Origin: a virus
Taxonomy: Duplodnaviria; Caudoviricetes
IMG/VR virus record: IMGVR_UViG_3300048886_000270
Coordinates: 1 to 29,397 of that record
Direction: 5' to 3' (one strand)
Length of the DNA: 29,397 bases
The notes beneath the pieces are model-generated. The model did not search any database. It saw only the letters and a program-made list of their open reading frames with translations, and was not told where the DNA came from. This document shows, piece by piece, positions 25,377 to 29,397 of this stretch (positions within the stretch are counted from its first letter, which is position 1; the number at the start of each line of letters is the position of its first letter). The position numbers were made by a program, and so were the translations under genes.

Positions 25377-26252
25377 ATGGAAATTACAATTGATGCGAAA
25401 GAACTCCAGAAAAGAAAAATATTTGTAGCTACCCCTATGTATGGGGGTATGTGTTCTGGTATGTACACCAAGTCAACCGCAGATTTAGCGTTGCTATCTG
25501 CAAAGTATGGTGTAGAGGTCAGGTTCTTTTACCTGTTCAATGAGTCTCTTGTGACAAGGGCCCGAAATTATCTAGTGGATGAATTTCTCAGGTCTGATTG
25601 CACCCATTTAATGTTCATTGATAGTGACATTGGGTTTGATGCTAACGACGTATTAGCACTCGCTGCCCTATCAGGTGGTGACAAAGACATTATCTGTGGC
25701 CCATACCCAAAGAAAACGATTGCGTGGGAGAAAATTAAAAAGGCAGTTGATAAGGGATATGCAGACCAAGACCCAAACGATTTAGATAAATACGTTGGAG
25801 ACTATGTGTTTAATCCAGTCGAGGGAGATACATCACTTAAAATAAACGAACCAGTAGAGGTCCTAGAGGGCGGAACTGGTTTCATGATGATACAACGTAA
25901 GACCCTAGAGAAGTATCAAGAAGCATACCCTGAGTTTATGTACAAACCAGACCATGTGAGAACAGAAGCATTTGATGGTTCACGGGAGATTATGGCATTT
26001 TTTGATTGTGTGATTGACTCCAAAAGCAGACGATACCTCTCAGAGGATTATATGTTCTGTCAGTGGGCAAGAGCCGCTGGATTGAAAGTTTGGTTATGTC
26101 CATGGATGCATTTGATCCATACAGGGTCATACAACTTTGGTGGTTCCTTAATAGATTTAGCTGCAATTGGTGTAGCTGCGACTGCCGATATGGATGAGAT
26201 GAACCGACAAAAAGAAGTAAAGAAACAACGGAAAAAGAAAGGGAAAAAATGA
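25377..26252 (+). CDS. GT-A fold glycosyltransferase-like protein
   Basis: IFVATPMYGG, NESL.TRARN, DxD motif in HLMFIDSDIGF, G.YPKK, GTGFMMI.R, YLSEDY.FC, L.H.G. Confidence 0.8.
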   Translation: MEITIDAKELQKRKIFVATPMYGGMCSGMYTKSTADLALLSAKYGVEVRFFYLFNESLVTRARNYLVDEFLRSDCTHLMFIDSDIGFDANDVLALAALSGGDKDIICGPYPKKTIAWEKIKKAVDKGYADQDPNDLDKYVGDYVFNPVEGDTSLKINEPVEVLEGGTGFMMIQRKTLEKYQEAYPEFMYKPDHVRTEAFDGSREIMAFFDCVIDSKSRRYLSEDYMFCQWARAAGLKVWLCPWMHLIHTGSYNFGGSLIDLAAIGVAATADMDEMNRQKEVKKQRKKKGKK

Positions 26253-26536
26253 TGCTGAAATATGATGAGGACAAATACCTAGATGAGGTGAAAAAATATA
26301 TCCTCTCTACGTATAGTCAGCACTATGTCGGTCAGGAAGACCAGGTTCAGGTGCTCGATTTGTTGGAGTCTGTAGGCATCGTAGAAGAACATATACGAGC
26401 ATCCTGTATCAAATACGCTTCACGATATGGTAAAAAAGGAGGACGCAATAAAGATGACCTTCTCAAGTTGGCTCACTATGCTATCTTACTCCTGTATTTT
26501 ACCGACAAGAAAAATCTTGACATTGCCTCAAAATAG
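26249..26536 (+). CDS. DUF3310-like small helical protein (putative nucleotide kinase family)
   Basis: KY.ED..L.E...YI.STY.QHY, IKYASRYGKK.G....DLLK..HYA. ATGA overlap with the upstream gene. Confidence 0.7.
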   Translation: MMLKYDEDKYLDEVKKYILSTYSQHYVGQEDQVQVLDLLESVGIVEEHIRASCIKYASRYGKKGGRNKDDLLKLAHYAILLLYFTDKKNLDIASK

Positions 26537-26545
26537 GTGTATAAT
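26517..26545 (+). promoter_or_regulatory. Consensus sigma70 promoter for gp45-gp44
   Basis: TTGACA (26517-26522), 17-nt spacer, TATAAT (26540-26545). Confidence 0.88.
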
Positions 26546-26581
26546 ACCTAATATAATGAAATAATGGAGTGACAGTATATA

Positions 26582-27235
26582 ATGAATATTTCAGATAAGA
26601 CAGTAGATATCCTCAAGAACTTTGCAACGATCAATCAAGGGCTGGTCTTTGACACTACGGATGAGTTGGCAACAATGTCACCGAGTCACACCGTCCTGGC
26701 TGTTGCGAAGTTGGAGACACCGTTTCCAAAAGAATTTGCTATCTACGACCTAAACCTCTTTCTTGGAGTTTTGGATTTGTTTGACAAACCGACATTCAAA
26801 TTCGCAGACAATTACCTGATGATTAACGGTAAAACCTCACAGAGCATATACCGTTTCGCAGACCCACAGACAGTCAGTTCACCCAAGAAGAAAACGCTAG
26901 ATATGGAAGATGAACTTTTGACATTTGAACTCAAAGCTGATGTCTTAGATGAGGTCTTGAAAGCTGCTAGGGTGATGCAGAGACCCAATATCGTGTTTAC
27001 ATGTGATGGTACAAACGTAATGATGCAAGCTACAGATGTGAATGATAGCTTATCGCATACCTATAAAAAGGTGGTCTTAACAGACCTTAAGGCGATACCC
27101 AAATTCAGAAACGTAATGAAGATAGAGTATTTCAAATTGCTTTCTGCCACGTATCAGGTAACTCTATCTACACGTATGACGGTATTTGAAAACGACACCA
27201 TGAAATATTATGTCGTTGTTGAATCCAATGACTAA
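26582..27235 (+). CDS. gp45: DNA polymerase sliding clamp gp45
   Basis: M.IS..T..ILKNFATIN, FP.EFAIYDLN.FL....LF..P, Y.FADP; directly upstream of gp44. Confidence 0.93.
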   Translation: MNISDKTVDILKNFATINQGLVFDTTDELATMSPSHTVLAVAKLETPFPKEFAIYDLNLFLGVLDLFDKPTFKFADNYLMINGKTSQSIYRFADPQTVSSPKKKTLDMEDELLTFELKADVLDEVLKAARVMQRPNIVFTCDGTNVMMQATDVNDSLSHTYKKVVLTDLKAIPKFRNVMKIEYFKLLSATYQVTLSTRMTVFENDTMKYYVVVESND

Positions 27236-28169
27236 AGAATACCTGTGGGTTGAGAAGTATCGGCCCACCACAATTGATGATTGTATTCTACCTAATGGTT
27301 TGAAATCCAACTTCTCGGACCTATTGAAACAGGGTAATCTTCCAAATCTCCTGTTACATGGGGGTCCGGGTGTGGGTAAAACTACTGTTGCTAAGGCTTT
27401 GGTCAACCAGTTGGGGTCAGACTACATCGTAATCAATGGTTCCATGGAAGGTAACATTGACACCCTAAGAAACAAAATCCAGAACTATGCGTCAGCTATG
27501 TCCCTTGTCAACGATGGTAAGAAATATGTAATCCTAGATGAGGCAGACTATCTTAACGCAATATCTACACAACCCGCTCTCAGGAACTTCATGGAGGAGT
27601 TCTCCAAGAGTTGTGGGTTCATCCTAACATGTAATTATATCAACAGAATTATCAAACCCCTGCATGGCAGGTGTTCCATTGTCAATTTCAAAATTGGCAG
27701 TCAGGAAAAACCCCTCTTAGCATCACAGTTCCTGAAACGTATTGAGTACATTCTGAACGCAGAAGGTGTCCAATATGACCAGAAGGTCATTGCAGAGATG
27801 ATTATGAAGTATATGCCAGACTGGCGTAGACTCATCAACGAACTCCAAAGGTATGCGGCATGTGGTCAGATTGATGCTGGTGTTCTGGTTCAGGTTTCTG
27901 ACAAGACCTTTATGGACTTGGTGACGACACTGAAAGAAAAGGAGTTCACCAATATGAGAAAGTGGGTTGGAGCAAATCTAGATAACGACTTTGAAAGTTT
28001 GTGTAGGAGACTGTACGACACCTGCTATGACTACACCAAACCAGAGAGTGTGCCTCAGTTGGTCATCACACTGGCAGAATACCAGTACAAGAACGCCTTC
28101 GCATCCGACACCGAAATCAACACCGTTGCGATGCTCACAGAAATTATGATGAACGTGGAGTTTAATTAG
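27228..28169 (+). CDS. gp44: Clamp loader large subunit gp44
   Basis: LWVEKYRP, GGPGVGKTT, ILDEADYL, QPALR.F.EEF, FILTCNY, PDWRR..NELQRY. Start placed at ATG 27228 (MTKEYLWVEKYRP), overlapping the end of gp45. Confidence 0.96.
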   Translation: MTKEYLWVEKYRPTTIDDCILPNGLKSNFSDLLKQGNLPNLLLHGGPGVGKTTVAKALVNQLGSDYIVINGSMEGNIDTLRNKIQNYASAMSLVNDGKKYVILDEADYLNAISTQPALRNFMEEFSKSCGFILTCNYINRIIKPLHGRCSIVNFKIGSQEKPLLASQFLKRIEYILNAEGVQYDQKVIAEMIMKYMPDWRRLINELQRYAACGQIDAGVLVQVSDKTFMDLVTTLKEKEFTNMRKWVGANLDNDFESLCRRLYDTCYDYTKPESVPQLVITLAEYQYKNAFASDTEINTVAMLTEIMMNVEFN

Positions 28170-29090
28170 ATGAAAAAACAGAGTATGAAAACCAAAATTG
28201 TAGAAGCGGTAGTATCAGATTATAATAACCCTGTATCTCAGAAAATAGTGGCTCGTCGCATGAAGCGTTATGGATACGCTTCTCACAGCTATTATGAAAG
28301 CTTGAATGAATTGATCTCTGGTGGCATAATTAAACGGTTTGGAACCAGAGGTTTATACCTCTATGAGAATCACAATAACGCCATTAGGGCCATATTAGAT
28401 GAGCCCGTTGATAGATCCAAGTTGCCGGCGTCGGATGCGAGTGGTATCTATGCTTTTTTTGTGAAATGTCCCATATGGGACTGGTGGATTATCAAGGTAG
28501 GAAAATGCACAAATAAGGCAGCACGAGAAAAGGACTATAGAGGTACTATTGGTAGTATTGTGTTCCAATATTTCAGACCAGTTCCTAAGAATCGATTAAC
28601 AAAGGCAGAAAATGCGACGCTAGCATTTTGTAGAGATCAAGGTTGGAATCCAAATGGAAATACTGTCGAGCAATTTGTGATAGGTGATGATGAAGCAAAA
28701 AAGATAGCAATGCAACGTTTAGACGAGTTTATGATACAAATGCCTTCTACATATGCGTATACCAATACCAAAAAAGCTCATATTATTGACACTTTAGATG
28801 GAAAGCAGGATGTTAGGGATAAACGCCCACCTTGTGCTTTTATGGCTAACACACCCGCAGGTATATATACAAAGGCAGGCTACGGTGAAAGGCCAAGAAA
28901 AATATACACATATGTTGTGCCAAAAACTCCGGGCTCTGTTGAACTTGTGGAATACCCCACACTTCAGGCCTGTTATATTAGCCAACTTGCCTGGACGATA
29001 AGGAGGTGCACCCTCCGGGATGTGAAAATCAAAGCAAAAAAAGAAAAAACCAGGTCAAGGTTAGATGAATTAGATGAACGTGGAGTTTAA
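28170..29090 (+). CDS. Putative free-standing endonuclease: N-terminal winged HTH plus GIY-YIG/T5orf172-like domain
   Basis: L.EL...G.IKR.G.RG.Y (wHTH-like); SGIYAF..IIKVGK.TN...RE, AE, EQF resemble the GIY-YIG/T5orf172 core. Confidence 0.6.
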   Translation: MKKQSMKTKIVEAVVSDYNNPVSQKIVARRMKRYGYASHSYYESLNELISGGIIKRFGTRGLYLYENHNNAIRAILDEPVDRSKLPASDASGIYAFFVKCPIWDWWIIKVGKCTNKAAREKDYRGTIGSIVFQYFRPVPKNRLTKAENATLAFCRDQGWNPNGNTVEQFVIGDDEAKKIAMQRLDEFMIQMPSTYAYTNTKKAHIIDTLDGKQDVRDKRPPCAFMANTPAGIYTKAGYGERPRKIYTYVVPKTPGSVELVEYPTLQACYISQLAWTIRRCTLRDVKIKAKKEKTRSRLDELDERGV

Positions 29091-29095
29091 ATAGT

Positions 29096-29397
29096 ATGAA
29101 CTATCCTAAAGCAGGCGGCAACAACTTAAAGAAGTTTTATGAGGACGTTGTTAAATTTTTTAAGAATGGAGACTTTGTGTTTGATATGTCGGACCAAATG
29201 ACAATTAAGAATTTCTCCAAAAAGTGTGGACTCAAATTCACCAAAATAGCTGATTGTGTTTTGAACACAGAGGAGAATTTCCCTAACAGCAGAAGAACTT
29301 TTATTAAGGGTTCAAACTGGCTTGGAAAAGTTGTAGATTACAAACCTATTGCCGGTAAGGAAAAACTATGGTCTATGAAAGGTGAATGGGTATATGT
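29096..29397 (+). CDS. Hypothetical protein, 3'-truncated by the window edge (absent from the ORF track)
   Basis: ATG at 29096 with GGAG upstream. Open to the end: MNYPKAGGNNLKKFYEDVVKFFKNGDFVFDMSDQMTIKNFSKKCGLKFTKIADCVLNTEENFPNSRRTFIKGSNWLGKVVDYKPIAGKEKLWSMKGEWVY. Confidence 0.75.
   Translation, partial: MNYPKAGGNNLKKFYEDVVKFFKNGDFVFDMSDQMTIKNFSKKCGLKFTKIADCVLNTEENFPNSRRTFIKGSNWLGKVVDYKPIAGKEKLWSMKGEWVY

Noticed and set aside
27210-27227. ORF-track start of gp44 at 27210
   Set aside because: gp44 homologues begin just before LWVEKYRP, and ATG 27228 gives a typical short overlap with gp45.
230-29001. Other short minus-strand and alternate-frame ORFs in the track (for example 791-1216, 6740-7150, 16504-16899, 21058-21489, 22250-22600, 25063-25362)
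   Set aside because: They overlap well-supported + strand genes, have shadow-ORF composition and show no convincing expression signals.
1-29397. Introns, inteins, stop-codon reassignment, tRNA genes
   Set aside because: Core genes are of ordinary length and uninterrupted under the standard code, all three stop codons are used, and intergenic gaps are short and accounted for by promoters and terminators.

Overview
This 29.4 kb window is a fragment of a large T4-like myovirus genome. Its gene order resembles marine cyanomyoviruses, pelagiphages and alphaproteobacterial T4-like phages more than T4 itself. Every credible gene is on the + strand. Positions 1-13738 are the virion module: gp14 (partial), gp15, a hypothetical ORF, gp16, gp17, gp18, gp19, gp20, three putative core ORFs, gp21, gp22, gp23 and gp3, driven by T4-type late promoters (TATAAATA). 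Positions 13808-19742 hold uvsY, uvsW, an Sm-like ORF, the gp55 late sigma factor, a small ORF, gp47 and gp46, driven by near-consensus sigma70 promoters. An accessory block lies between gp46 and gp45. It encodes a peptide deformylase, a DUF4338/DruA-like protein on an apparently leaderless mRNA, an HExxH-metallopeptidase/VWA protein paired with a MoxR/CobS-like AAA+ ATPase, a GT-A glycosyltransferase-like protein under a late promoter, and a DUF3310-like protein. The window ends with gp45, gp44, a wHTH/GIY-YIG-like ORF where gp62 would normally sit, and a truncated ORF. No tRNA, rRNA, CRISPR array, integrase or intron was seen. All calls come from motif recognition and synteny by eye; no database searches were run.
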